Shown here: positions 27,651-39,245 of the stretch, one piece after another
Layout of the letters: every line of letters begins with the position of its first letter
How positions within the stretch are numbered: the stretch's first letter is position 1
From: Hamiltosporidium tvaerminnensis FI-OER-3-3
Lineage: Eukaryota; Fungi; Microsporidia
DNA: 64,000 nucleotides
Assembly: GCA_022605425.2 (NCBI GenBank)
Contig: JAKIMF020000004.1
Location: forward strand, 1,116,001-1,180,000
Direction: 5' to 3'
The notes under the pieces: generated by a model
Seen by the model: only the letters and a program-made list of their open reading frames with translations
What the model was told of the DNA's origin: nothing
Databases searched by the model: none
Made by a program: the position numbers and the translations under genes

Positions 27651-28472
27651 CTAAAATTAGTCTATGTGCGAACCAAATATATTATCTATAGACTATAAAA
27701 TTTGACACTTTAATTACCTTGTATGAGTTAATATTAGGTCACAAATCAAATGAATCTTCTTAAAAATCAATCGAAGTTTTGTAAAATAATGTTAAAAGAT
27801 AATTTGTTTCAATACGCTCATTTCTTTTCCCACGTATGGAATAAAAAAGACACTTGAAATAAAGATTTGCTTGGTTTTAGGTGTTCCAGTGAATTTTTTT
27901 TCGTATGCTAATGTTGTGTATTTACCGCAAACTTAATTGAACAAAGTCAAAATAAATTTCAAGAATCTTTATAAAATCAATGATACAAAATTATCTGTTC
28001 TGACGATATTTTTTTCTTTTTTATACTGTATCGATGCGTTATAATATATTTTTCAAATATATTTGAATACTCACCAATTTCAGATATTAAGATCGAAAAT
28101 TAAAAATTGAATGAAAATTAAGAATATAAATTATAATCAGGAGATTATAGAATAGAAAAATCTAGATAATAGACTAAGATACTAGTCAAATGTAATTTGA
28201 GTACTTATTAAAGAATATTGTGAGTTTTATATTGTATAAAATCTCTAAAAATAGGCAACCCAAAGTATGTATCATTTTATTAACCCTATATTCATATATT
28301 TTTTTTTCGGTGCCAAGTCAAATATTTATATGCAGGTCCTAATATTTTATTTCAAGTATTTGAATGAAAAATATCCACGTTTCGGTTTCTTATTTCGCAT
28401 CTCAAATAAAATTTATAAATTTTTAATTTTTTTTTATTAAAATATTTAATTGAGTATTTTTTTTGGCTTAAT

Positions 28473-29188
28473 AACTTTATTTAAAAGTATCACATCTTTT
28501 TGAAATAGTGGCAAGTGTTATATTTTTTCCCATGACATTAACCCAGTTTTAGGTTTAACATAAATAACTATTACCACAAAACTCCATCGGTACTCCCTGC
28601 GATACCTACGTCCCAACGCCCTTTCATCTACCAAGTGTGTAGAACCTAATTACTACGCGAGGCAATTGCCCGGAGTTCGTTAATGTCCGTTGCATGGAGT
28701 GTGATCGAAGGTCGAAGCACCCCAAAACCATGCAGCATTCCCACTTACTCTCACTTCCTGAATTAATAAACTTCTAGCTGAGATGTATTTCAGAGACTTA
28801 TATGGGCGTCAACTAGACAGTGCAATGCCATACCAACAGGTATAACCTGCTACTTAGCTTTCCTGGTTTTAAATGGCTTTTTGTTTTATATCTCCAGGCT
28901 CTAGGTCTTCTAACCCGAGTAAACAAGGCCAGGTTTCCATGCTTTTACATGGCAAATACCTACATGTTCAGCTGCGGTCTGCAATCTAGTTACCTAAAAA
29001 ACTATAAATAAATTTGTAAAAAAAGTTTCGTCATTTCATAGATCTCTCCTTCTCATGCAAACCCATGGAATAACAGAAGATTTAATGTGGTTTTATTCCC
29101 ACAAAAAATCCAAACAATAATCCTCACATCAATTTGCCACACTCATTTCTAAGTAAAAAAGTTTTTATGGGTTATCTTCCCTCCACTA
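28473..29188 (-). mobile_element. ~730-nt non-coding retroposon, copy 3, with an imperfect TSD
   Basis: Reverse complement of the full element. Flanks are TTTGGCT---TAA (28462-28471) and TTTGGCTGCGTAA (29189-29201). Confidence 0.9.
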
Positions 29189-29232
29189 TTTGGCTGCGTA
29201 AATTTAAATTTTATAATAAAATGTCCCCGAAT

Positions 29233-29724
29233 ATGTCTCGTTTTTATTGTGACTTTTGTAAAGTAATTTTACCAAATTGTTCTCAAAAAAGTAAAGAAAC
29301 ACACAGAGATGGTTTTAAACACAAACAACTGCGAACCACCTATTATAACGACATGCTAAGCAAAAAAGAAATATTTTCAAAAATAAATGACACTATTTAC
29401 AAAATAAAAATGTATAATAATATTAAACAGAGTGAAGAAGTCATTAAAATAAATGAACCTTCGAGAAAAAACATAGAAAAGGTGGAAAAAAAGGATGAAA
29501 ACAAAATAAAATCAGAGTTTTTGAATATATTTAACGAATCATGCAATAAAATACAAAATATCAAATTTGAAATGCCCAATTTTAATATTCCACCCGATTT
29601 TATTTACCCACCACCACCAAAAAATTTTAGACTGCCTAAGGATTTTGATTTCTCAAATATTAGTAATTTTCCAAAGAATATGCAAGAAGCGATTCAGAAA
29701 TTTACATCAGATTCACATAATTAG
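29233..29724 (+). CDS. SNRPC: U1 snRNP protein C (U1-C/Yhc1)-like zinc-finger protein
   Basis: MSRFYCDFCKVIL.......KETHRDGFKHK matches the U1-C N-terminal matrin-type finger, and the tail is Pro-rich. The ATG at 29233 follows an AT-rich tract and CCCC. The longer called ORF starts inside the mobile element. Confidence 0.75.
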   Translation: MSRFYCDFCKVILPNCSQKSKETHRDGFKHKQLRTTYYNDMLSKKEIFSKINDTIYKIKMYNNIKQSEEVIKINEPSRKNIEKVEKKDENKIKSEFLNIFNESCNKIQNIKFEMPNFNIPPDFIYPPPPKNFRLPKDFDFSNISNFPKNMQEAIQKFTSDSHN

Positions 29725-30064
29725 TTATCTAATCAACCATTATGTATAATTTATGAAACATGTATTTAGTACAATCAAAATACATTATTTCCTTCTTATC
29801 ATATGCATATTACATGTTTCATCTAAATTCTTCCTTTTTTTAATTGCAAGTTAAATTAAAAATTAAACCAAAACAAATTTTATTGTCAGTTTCAAATAAT
29901 TCGATAAATTATATAATAATTTTACCATAAATTTAAAAGTGAATTTATTTTGTTATTTCACATAAATTATGAATAGTAAAATAAATCTTGGTATATAATT
30001 ATATTGGTATTCTTTTGTAAAAATACTTAAATCTTTTTAAAAAATAATTTTCTATATAGTATAT

Positions 30065-32528
30065 TTTTATTTAATAAAATTCTGGGTTAACAAATTTTTC
30101 TTTTTAAATAATTCTTTCCACCATTTCAACCACTTCTATCTCTTCCTCCAACTCCAACTCTTCATTTGTATTAGTTGTTGGTTCCTTTGCCGTGGTTATG
30201 CCATCCAAAATAAGGGGTAAAATATTTTTTGTATTTTCCGTTTTAACATCATCTTCCTCGTTGTCTCTTGCTTTAAAGGGGGTATTGGTTGTTTATGCAT
30301 CTCAGCTCCTAAGATAACACTTAATGATGCTCTCTCCCAGCTCTCCTCGGCATTTGGACCAGACTCAAGTCCTCTTCGTCGATCAAAAGAAATTGTTTCG
30401 ACTGTTTTCTTGAGTACTATGGATTGTATATATGCCTCTACATTCATGGGTATTTGCAGTCTCTTAACATACGTCTTATGGTATTTTGTCACAATACCGT
30501 CCCAGGTCATCACATAAGGAATTATCTCTACATTGCATTTATAAATAAGACTTAACTCATTTGCTAATAGGTCATACTTCCTAAGCTTCTCTGTTTCAAC
30601 TATTTGAAGAGAGTCTTGGGATGTGATTCCTACTTCAATGAGGGTTATCCTATTCTGTCTCTTGTCTAAAATAAATATATCTGGTCTGTTACACCAGATC
30701 TTGACATCAGTTTTTATTCTGGTGTCCACTCTTATCTCTGCATATTCGTTATCAAGAATTTCTTGAACTTAGTGGCTTCTAATTTGTTTCGAAGACTTAA
30801 ACTTATATTTATTCAGCAAGAGTAAATGTATACATCGTACCACTTCATTATGTCGTCTAGTATAGTCATGACCAAGCATTTTTTCACATCTCGTTGCTAA
30901 GTGATCAACAGTTTTCCTAGACTGGTTGCAGTGTTGACACATACCTTCTGCACCCCAGAATACATTTCTATCCTGGATATAACAGAACACTGCTTCATTA
31001 CGTGATCTTACACTTCCTTTCTTTAACCATCTTGAGGAGTCATTTACACTTACCAGCTCGTTATTTCTAGCGCTATATAACTTTGAATGTAGTTTTCGAT
31101 TTTTGATTTCGTTATATAGGTTAGCTAGTTGAGCTTCTTCCAATTTCTTTTTTGTGACTTCCTCTTCCAACCCGTATTTTATTTTTAAAAAGTTTTTAAT
31201 TAGTGAAAGGTGGGTTTTATTATTATTCTTAACCTTTAGGATTGCTGCTCTTCTGGTCGATGTATCTTTATGTTTTTCCAGACAATCCAAGAGTTGCAAA
31301 AGCATATGTTCGCTTTTTAACTCGACACTATGTAAACCTCTTCCAAGTTCTTTACGTGGAAGGTATAGACGTTCTTTGCATCCTGGGCGTAGAAGTATTT
31401 TGTTCTTTACTAGCACTGCACGCACCGCATCATCTAACTTAGAGAAGTCAGCCGGTTCTAGTCGGTGTACACTTATATGATAGTTTAGTAAAGAAATTGC
31501 ATGTTGATTAATGGCTTGAAATAAATTTCTTGCATTTAATCTCGTGCGACAAAGTCTTTCTACTCGTGCTATAAGTTTGGTCTGTACTTCCTCAAACGAC
31601 TTACTTGTTGGAATTCCTCTGCTATCTTCTATAATTCCAAGGTATTTATAAAAACCTATTCCTTCAAGAAGAGTAGCAGTATCTTCACAACATGGATCAT
31701 TAGTGGCTGACTTCTCTTTGTTAATTTCCAATCCTATATTATTCATAAACTTTTTAACCTCCTCTGTCATTTCTTCCAATGTTTGTCCATCTTCGGCAAG
31801 AAGCTTAAGATCATCAATAAACAAGAGATGATTAGTCGCGTGGGATTCTGCATCTGTCTTTATTGTCACTTTTGTGTATTTCTCATTAAGCTTTCGGCTC
31901 AATGGATCCATACACAACACAAACAATAATGGTGACAAACTATCTCCTTGCAGAATCCCTCTATCAATCTTCTTGCTCATAATTTTTTCAGGCCCTATTG
32001 ATATATCAATTTTCCATTTTGATATAATTACCTTAATAAATTTCAGGATCCAATCAGGTAAATTAAGGTTTTCAATACATTGAGTCAAATAAGCATGATC
32101 TATTGAATCATAAGCTTTTTTGACATCAATCCATGTTGCCTTAAGATTGTTTCCGTACTCCTTATTAATGGCAATATTCAATAGGGCCTGTTCTTTCGCT
32201 CCTTGCACTCCTCTTACTGCTCCCAACTGATTTTCTGAAAGTAATCCTCGTCTTTCCACCTCAACCTGAACCACTTTAGTGACACATTTTGTAGTCAGTT
32301 TATACAGGTTTGACATACAAGTTATTGGCCTGTAATCAGAGCCAGTCTTTGGTGTACCTTTAGGTATCAGATAAGTAAGTCCACAATAATACCAATCGGC
32401 TTGAGGCGTTCCTTCTAAACATATGGCTTTTACAATATCGTAAAGATATTTATGAAGGCTCGTAAGTTTCTTGATGTAAAAGTTATAAATACCATCAATT
32501 CCAGCGGCTTTCCAGTTAGGCAGCCAAT
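30065..32528 (-). mobile_element. 5'-truncated R4/Dong-like non-LTR retrotransposon (RT, CCHC, restriction-like endonuclease) with a 10-bp TSD
   Basis: RT motifs YRPITCMS, WIDVKKAYDS, GILQGDSLSPLLF, HLLFIDDLKL and YKYLG; CQHC...DHLATRC...RHN; RPDIFILD...IEV..T...K..KY. One in-frame stop at 30769-30771. TATAGTATAT is repeated at 30055-30064 and 32529-32538. Confidence 0.92.
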
Positions 32529-33169
32529 TATAGTATATAACAATATAAATATTATAATCAAATTCCACTGATACTTTATTTATATGAATGAAATAAAACA
32601 GATATTCACTAGCAAAATAAATTTTGGGTTTGTTGTAAATAAATTCACTAAATAGCAAACAAATAGATTTAGGTTACGACGTAGTTCCTAATAAATTGCC
32701 CTAATATAATCATTTAAAAATATAGTTATGAAATCTTTAATCTTGAAATTTTCATTAAATATAAATTTTTTTTAATCGAAATATTTGTGTAATAATCTTG
32801 TTATTGGGACAAATGAATATTAATAGAAATCAAATTATTTTGTCCTAATTTGGGTAAGAAGAATAATTTAAAAGACACTGTATAGAAATTATAAAATATT
32901 TTTAGTTATTTAAGAATTAAATTAAAAATATGGAAAAAACTACTGAAAATATTGACATTGATTTTCATTTACTACAATAATTTTTTTATATAGTTAATGC
33001 AATTTTGGACATTAATGTATTGAAAGGTATATGATTCTTGACTTTTTTTCTTACAAAATTATTTTATAATTTGAAAATTTATACAAAAAGAATGTTACTT
33101 GCTAATGTATAATGTGATAAATGTAATTTTCAAAATATCATAATTTACAGTTTATTTAAATAAATTGGT

Positions 33170-34115
33170 TGTGACAGTTAACCACTTTTAAAACCATCTG
33201 CTGCAACAATTAGGCACATTTGATGGGAAAATCCTTTTTCAATTTTTTAGTAAGATGAAAAAAATCATATTTTTGGTTTTTAGATGGAATTTTGCTAACA
33301 AGCCAACGGCGAAGATACTATGAAATATCTTTTGCAAATTTTTGACTTTTTTTATAGCTAGATTGTAAACAGCGGCTTAAATCAAGTTTAATTTACATGT
33401 AAAGCCTGTAAACCTAGCCTTGCTCACTCGATTATAAAATTTATTATAAAAAAAAATTATACCCCTTAAAAAGCTTACAAACTTATTTCTTTCCTCTTTT
33501 AACTCTGAGTGTCGGGGATGAACAAATGAATGTTTTCCATTCGTTTCTTTTCATCAGTTGTAACTCGGGATTATAGAAGATTGGTCCATAGACCCGATGT
33601 GGTTTATTTATACTCCTCCACAATGGTAGGAATAATTGCAATACAAATTGTACATATTTATTACCAGGCTGAAAGTTTTTAATGTGGGCATCCTCCCTCC
33701 ACAGCCCCTTAAAATGCATAAAAAGAAAATTATAAAATTATACCTCTTGATATGAATTTGCGATTTCAAGGTTTACCATGTGTAACTCGCTAAAGTATAT
33801 ATTAGATAGAAGTCTATTAGGTTCGAAGAGAGTACATGAAGGTACGAATACAGCTGTTCATTCTTGAAATAATTGTGGTTTTATAACGACCACATCTTAG
33901 GATTCAAATTTTAACAAACTCATGGTAATTGCTTTAGGGATTAAGGAATTTAGCATACCTTTTAGATAAAACCTATGTGAGTTGGTTATTTTAGGGGGCA
34001 TCGAGAGAACTCTATCGACCAATTATCTTCTTAATGCTTTAAATGTGTTATTAACATAAGAACAATATAACATATAATACTTTTATAAAAATTTGTAATA
34101 TTTATAAAATAAATA
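33170..34115 (+). mobile_element. Old copy of the 730-nt element interrupted by a nested insertion
   Basis: AAACCTAGCCTTGCTCACTCG (about 33410-33430) is exact element sequence. Homology resumes after 33717 (TTATACCT, TAGAAGTCTATTAGGTTCG). Confidence 0.7.
33475..33704 (-). mobile_element. 230-nt sister element sharing the 5' head of the 730-nt family, with a 13-bp TSD
   Basis: Minus strand begins CTGTGGAGGGAGGATGCCCACATTAAAAACTTTCAGCCTGGTAAT and then diverges. Flanked by CCCCTTAAAAAGC (33462-33474) and CCCCTTAAAATGC (33705-33717). Confidence 0.8.
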
Positions 34116-34136
34116 AAATTTATATTCTAAGCTGTT

Positions 34137-34832
34137 TTGAAGAGAGGATATCAATAAAAACTTTATACTTGCCAATGAATAGGCGAAATTCGTGTTAAGA
34201 TCATTGTATAAATTTTCGATGAGGATATCTCCTGATATATTTTCGGTTGTTTTATATGAATTTGTAGATGGAGGTCTACTAGATGGCGAAACCTTTGACG
34301 CGAATCTATTATGTAGTTTTTATGCAACCAGATCAGAGCCAAACCTGTAGATGATTTCTATGTAAAATCATATGTACTAGACCTTTTCACTCGGGCTAGA
34401 AGACTATGCGCTCGGATGATAAAAAAATAAAATCTTTAAGAGCCAGGAGAGCCAAGATACATATTATACCTGTTGAACAAATGGTACTGTTTAGTTGTAA
34501 TCCATTAAAGTCACCGAGATATATCTTAGCTAGAAATTTATTAGGTTTGGAAATTGTAGAGTGATTGAAGACGCTGCATAGTCATGAGAGGAAGCCCCGA
34601 GAATGTTTTTACCTACGAGCAAACTCTATGCAATAGACATTAACAATTGCTTGAAACGCATTGCCCATTAATTGGGTTCTACATGCCTTTTAGATGAAAG
34701 TATTTTTATTATAGGTATTTCAAGGGATATCGATGTGATGTTAGGGGCCAGTTATTTATCTTAAAATTACGTTATATCATGAAATAAATATAAAACCTGC
34801 CATTATTTTTTAAAAAGGTATGATGTTTGTAA
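34137..34832 (+). mobile_element. Old full-length copy of the 730-nt element
   Basis: Colinear: GAGGATATCAATAAAAACTTT, GGCGAAAC, CACTCGGGCTAGAAGACT, ATATATCTTAGCTAGAA, GCTGCATAGTC. Confidence 0.8.
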
Positions 34833-35014
34833 AGAATGATATTTAAGCTAATGAAATTGAAGGGCATATAAATTTATTTAGATTCTAATATAGATAATCA
34901 TTTTTTGAAAAAAAAATTAGTCATTAAATCTCTTAAAAAGCTTTTTGGATCTCTGAAACTTGAAATGTAGTTTATAATAAAGTAAAATATTATAGGAGTT
35001 GTCAGATATAAATG

Positions 35015-35716
35015 ATGGAGGAGGATAATCACATAAAAAACTTTCTGTTTGGAAATGAGTGTGTCAAAGGGTGTGAGGATCATGTTTGGATTTTTGGTTG
35101 GATTAAAACCACACATCATCTTCATTGTTCCATGGGAATTGTTATGAGAAGGAGAGGTCTACAAAATAGCGAAACTTTTTCTACAAATGTATTTTTAGTT
35201 TTTTATGTAACCAGATTGCAGACCGCAGCTGAAATAGTAGGTAATTGCCATGTAAAAGCATAGGAACCTACCCTTGCTCACTCGGGTTAGAAGATTTAGC
35301 GCCCGGGTGATATGAAAATAAAAACCAGGAAAGCCAAGTAGCAGGTTATACCTGTTGGTATGACACTGAATTGTCTAGGTGAACTCCATATAAGTCTCGT
35401 AAATATATCTTAGCTAGAAGTTTATTGGGTTCGGAAAGTGTAGAGTAAATGAGAATGCGGCATAGTTTTGGGGTGCTTCGGCCTTCGATCACACTCCATG
35501 CAACGGACATTAACGAACTCCGGGCAACTGCCTCGCCTAGTAATTAGGTTCTACATACCTGGTAGATGAAAGGGCGTTGGGACGTATGTATCGCAGGAGG
35601 TATCGAAGGAATATTGGGTAGCAGTCATTTATGTAAAATCTAGAACTGCGTTTATGTCATGAAAACAAATATAACACTTGCCACTGTTTTAAAAGGATGT
35701 GATACTTCTAAATAAA
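35015..35716 (+). mobile_element. ~730-nt non-coding retroposon, copy 4
   Basis: Full-length and colinear. Shares the short GGGGTGCTTCG variant with copy 3. No clear TSD. Confidence 0.9.
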
Positions 35717-36039
35717 TATTATATTATTCGAAAAAACTCGCTTCTTTGCTTCCCGAAAAACCAAAATAAATTTCGCCAATATGAAAATGATAATTTTTTT
35801 CACATAAATATGCATTTAGATGAATTATTTGTTTTTGCAAACAAATATTATCCTGTGTTATATAAACGGATAATCAAAAGAATAATTACAATTTATGAAA
35901 AAACCAAATATTTTTTTAAATTGCACGTGTTGAATTTTTCGATGCCATTATGTCTTTCGAAAATTATGATATAAAATGCTCTCTAGAACTCAATCCTTAC
36001 ATTTTAAAATTATGAAAATCTAAAAGAATTTTATCTAAA

Positions 36040-36380
36040 TTATATGTAGCACCCGTCTAATAGAGCTGATTGTACATTGGAGTTTAATATAACCGTTGTA
36101 TTAATGGAAAGCAGACCGGAACTAACCTCGGTCTCTTAGAAAGCCGGCATCTTTGGCAAGCACCTTACAAGATCAAAAAAACAATTCCAGATAATGCGTG
36201 CATTGGCGACTTATGTTGGGTCCCATATATTTTCCCTTTCAAATAAACAGATATAGCCGGTTACTCCGATTTCCTGGCTTTCTGAAAAATGTCTTCATAT
36301 CACACCGGGAATAAGTTGTGTAATCCTTATGGGAAGGTTAAATTTATACTTTACATTAGAACTACCCACGAGTTAAGTTA
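36040..36380 (-). mobile_element. Very old internal fragment related to the 730-nt element
   Basis: Minus strand CCCGGTGTGATATGAAG...AAAGCCAGGAAATCGGAGTAACCGGCTATATCTGTT aligns with CCCGGGTGATATGAAA...CCAGGAAAGCCAAGTAGCAGGTTATACCTGTT. Confidence 0.55.
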
Positions 36381-38825
36381 CAGTTTATAATATATTTAAA
36401 TAAAAAACGAAATTTTTTTTTGTAGAAAATATTACCGATATGTGGATTTTTCATACTCAACACAAATAGGTACAAGAGAACTGAAATAATTAAGTAAATG
36501 AGACCTTCTTCATCTTATAAAAAATTTCCGAAACAGATCAACACGTAATGTGAATTTCATCTTACTAAAACCCAACCAATAATTTATACACAAATCCAAA
36601 TTAAATAATACTTAAAGGATGTTTTCTATGTGGTCATATACTTATCCTTTGACCTATAATATAGGAATAAGTATATTAAAATATCAAATATTTCTATTAG
36701 TTGATGTAATTTAGTATTTTTTGAATTAATCACACGATAGAAATATAAAAATTTATAGTAAAGCTTTTTTAGTTTGAAAAACAACACATCTTTACTTATG
36801 AAGAAATCGGATTTCAGTGCTAGAGATAGATAAAGATTTCTTTGCTTAAATAACTAACCAAAACATCAGACTTTCTTGTTTAAGTATTAGTTTAATTTTT
36901 TCTAAATGACTTTCACCTTGAATCATTATTTTACAAAACTCTAAGAATTAGCATAAAGGTAACTTTGAATTTTTAGGAAAATGCTTGTGAATTTCGAATA
37001 ACTTGTTCAATATATATCATTAATAGATTAACAAGGCAGATAATCTCATGATATTATATATTTTATCTTGTTGATGTTTTCATCAAAACTAGAACAGTTT
37101 ACCAACCAATTTATTTCAAACATTTTAGCATACAAACCCTTATTCTTTTAGACTCTGTAATATCATAATTCGATTTCTGGATAATGAAGTTGTATTTTTA
37201 TAATAAAATTATAGTTTTCCTAAGTAAATTTCATCTTTGGTGTTATAAAAGACTTAAATTCATCTATTTCCATAAAAATATTGTTTTCTTTTGTTTTTTC
37301 AACTAAAATTATTAACTTCCACATTATTTTAATTTTAATTTTGAAAATATTATGAATTATCCAAAAAAAACTAACTTGCCAAGGCTCACTCAAGGTAACA
37401 ACAACAAGAATTTTTTAAAAAATCAAAGCATTAAAACATTTGGCTTTATAATTGTTTAAAACGCTTTTTGAAAAAAAACTTGGTCTTATAATAACAAACA
37501 AACCAATAATAGTCTAATTATGAAATTTATACAAACATATAATCTAGATTTTCAAAGTGATAACGATTATAAATCAATTGCGTTTAATTATAAAAATAGT
37601 TAATAAAACAAATGATATTAAAAATATTACAACAAAAATTCTTAAATAAAAGACTTACTAGGATAAAATTTTAATCACTATATGCGTTTCTAATTTAATA
37701 TAATTGATTCTGTGTCTTTACGTTTTTTTACATTTGATTTTTGATTTTGAATCTATGGTTTGTTTCCCTTCATTTCTCTACAATTTATTCTTCGATAATT
37801 TGAATTTATATGCATAATATAGCCTAGTATATTTATTTGGATGTTGGAAAATTTATTCGTTTCGGGTAATGCCTACTTCTTTAATTAAAGTTATATTCGT
37901 TCTTCTTAGTGAACATCTGTATTTGTTTTGAGTTCAAATCATTTTCATAGAAAAGAAAATAAATTTTGAAAATGCTATATTATATATTGCCTAAATATAT
38001 ACTTCAATTATAACTGATATCTGCGTTTATTAGGCACATAATATAGTGTTAAAACAATAATCTCAGAAGTTTAAAGAGTAATGATATTCAAATACTATGT
38101 ATATAAAGCGTTTTACAACATCAGTAAACAAGTATTGATTCTTAAAGGTTTAGTATAACAATTTTAAGTGATGTTTGATTTGTTTTGCGACAAAAACCGT
38201 CTAAGCTTGATTTTTCAAATTTTATACATTATATTTTTTAGGATTCTCTTTCTGCTTCTTATAGTTCTTTTTTGTTTTAAAAAAAATAATTATTTAGACA
38301 AACTATATACAATCAATTCCAGTATGCCCTCTAATATAGTCTTTTTCGAATATTTTTGTCTCCAATCGACAAATTTCGCAGTAAATTTCGGATACCACGA
38401 TATAGACACTTTCATACTTTAGTCCAAAACATGTTTCTAAGTTAGGTGCAAATATAACCCTTTTCGGCTTTGGCTTTTTCCTCCAATTCTTAAGCATCCA
38501 TAAAATGTTTTTATAACCATTATTTTTCGAAGTTAGCTTTAAATAGTTTAGAATAAAATTTTATATTCGTCATATACGTTGAAATATTTGTGCTCTTACA
38601 ATTTTTTATAAAAGAACGATTTGATTAAAATTATACAGTAAGAAAATAAATGACAAATATATGCGATTACCTAAAGAAAAAAATAGTTATCATTTACTAT
38701 TTTATTAAAAAAATTATAGCAAACACTCTTTCATTGAAGAATTATGAATAAAATCAAATATTACTTCTCTATTCGAGGTTGGTAATAGTGTTAAAAAAAG
38801 TATTATCAATAATTAAACCAAATAT

Positions 38826-39245
38826 TTAATGAACTGGATTGTAATATAAATATAACGCTTCAGAAAAAATAAAAATATCTAATAAAAGTATAAAAAAAAT
38901 TGATATTAGATAGAAGATTATTTCGCTCCAATAAGAAGATCTCAATACATTTTTTAAATCCAGAATTAAATAGAGCAAAAAAACTATTTTTATAATTATT
39001 GAAAAAAAATTCATGAATGCAAGTTTCTCTGAATTATTTTCTATCGAAATTAAAATTTCTATCAAATTGAGAATCAACAAAATCGTCATTAATATATAAA
39101 ATAAAATTTGGATCACGATGTCTTTTTTTTGAAGATTAGAATTGTTTTCTTGGTTTGTGTTTAATGATTCGTTCGATGAATTCAAGCGAAAATAATTGTT
39201 TTGGTCGTGTAAATTCACGGGATTTAGTATCAAAGATGGATTCAT
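38826..39245 (-). CDS. Small 3-TM membrane protein, family B
   Basis: MNPSLILN...NESLNTNQENN plus three hydrophobic segments; paralog of 46417-46830. Start set by homology. Confidence 0.75.
   Translation of the reverse strand: MNPSLILNPVNLHDQNNYFRLNSSNESLNTNQENNSNLQKKDIVIQILFYILMTILLILNLIEILISIENNSEKLAFMNFFSIIIKIVFLLYLILDLKNVLRSSYWSEIIFYLISIFFILLLDIFIFSEALYLYYNPVH

Noticed and set aside
29134-29232. N-terminal extension of U1-C
   Set aside because: Starts at TTG inside the mobile element; the homologous start follows the CCC motif.
32529-32658. N-terminal ~43 aa of the 629-aa RT ORF
   Set aside because: Lies outside the TSD; it is a chance read-through of flanking DNA from a TTG start.
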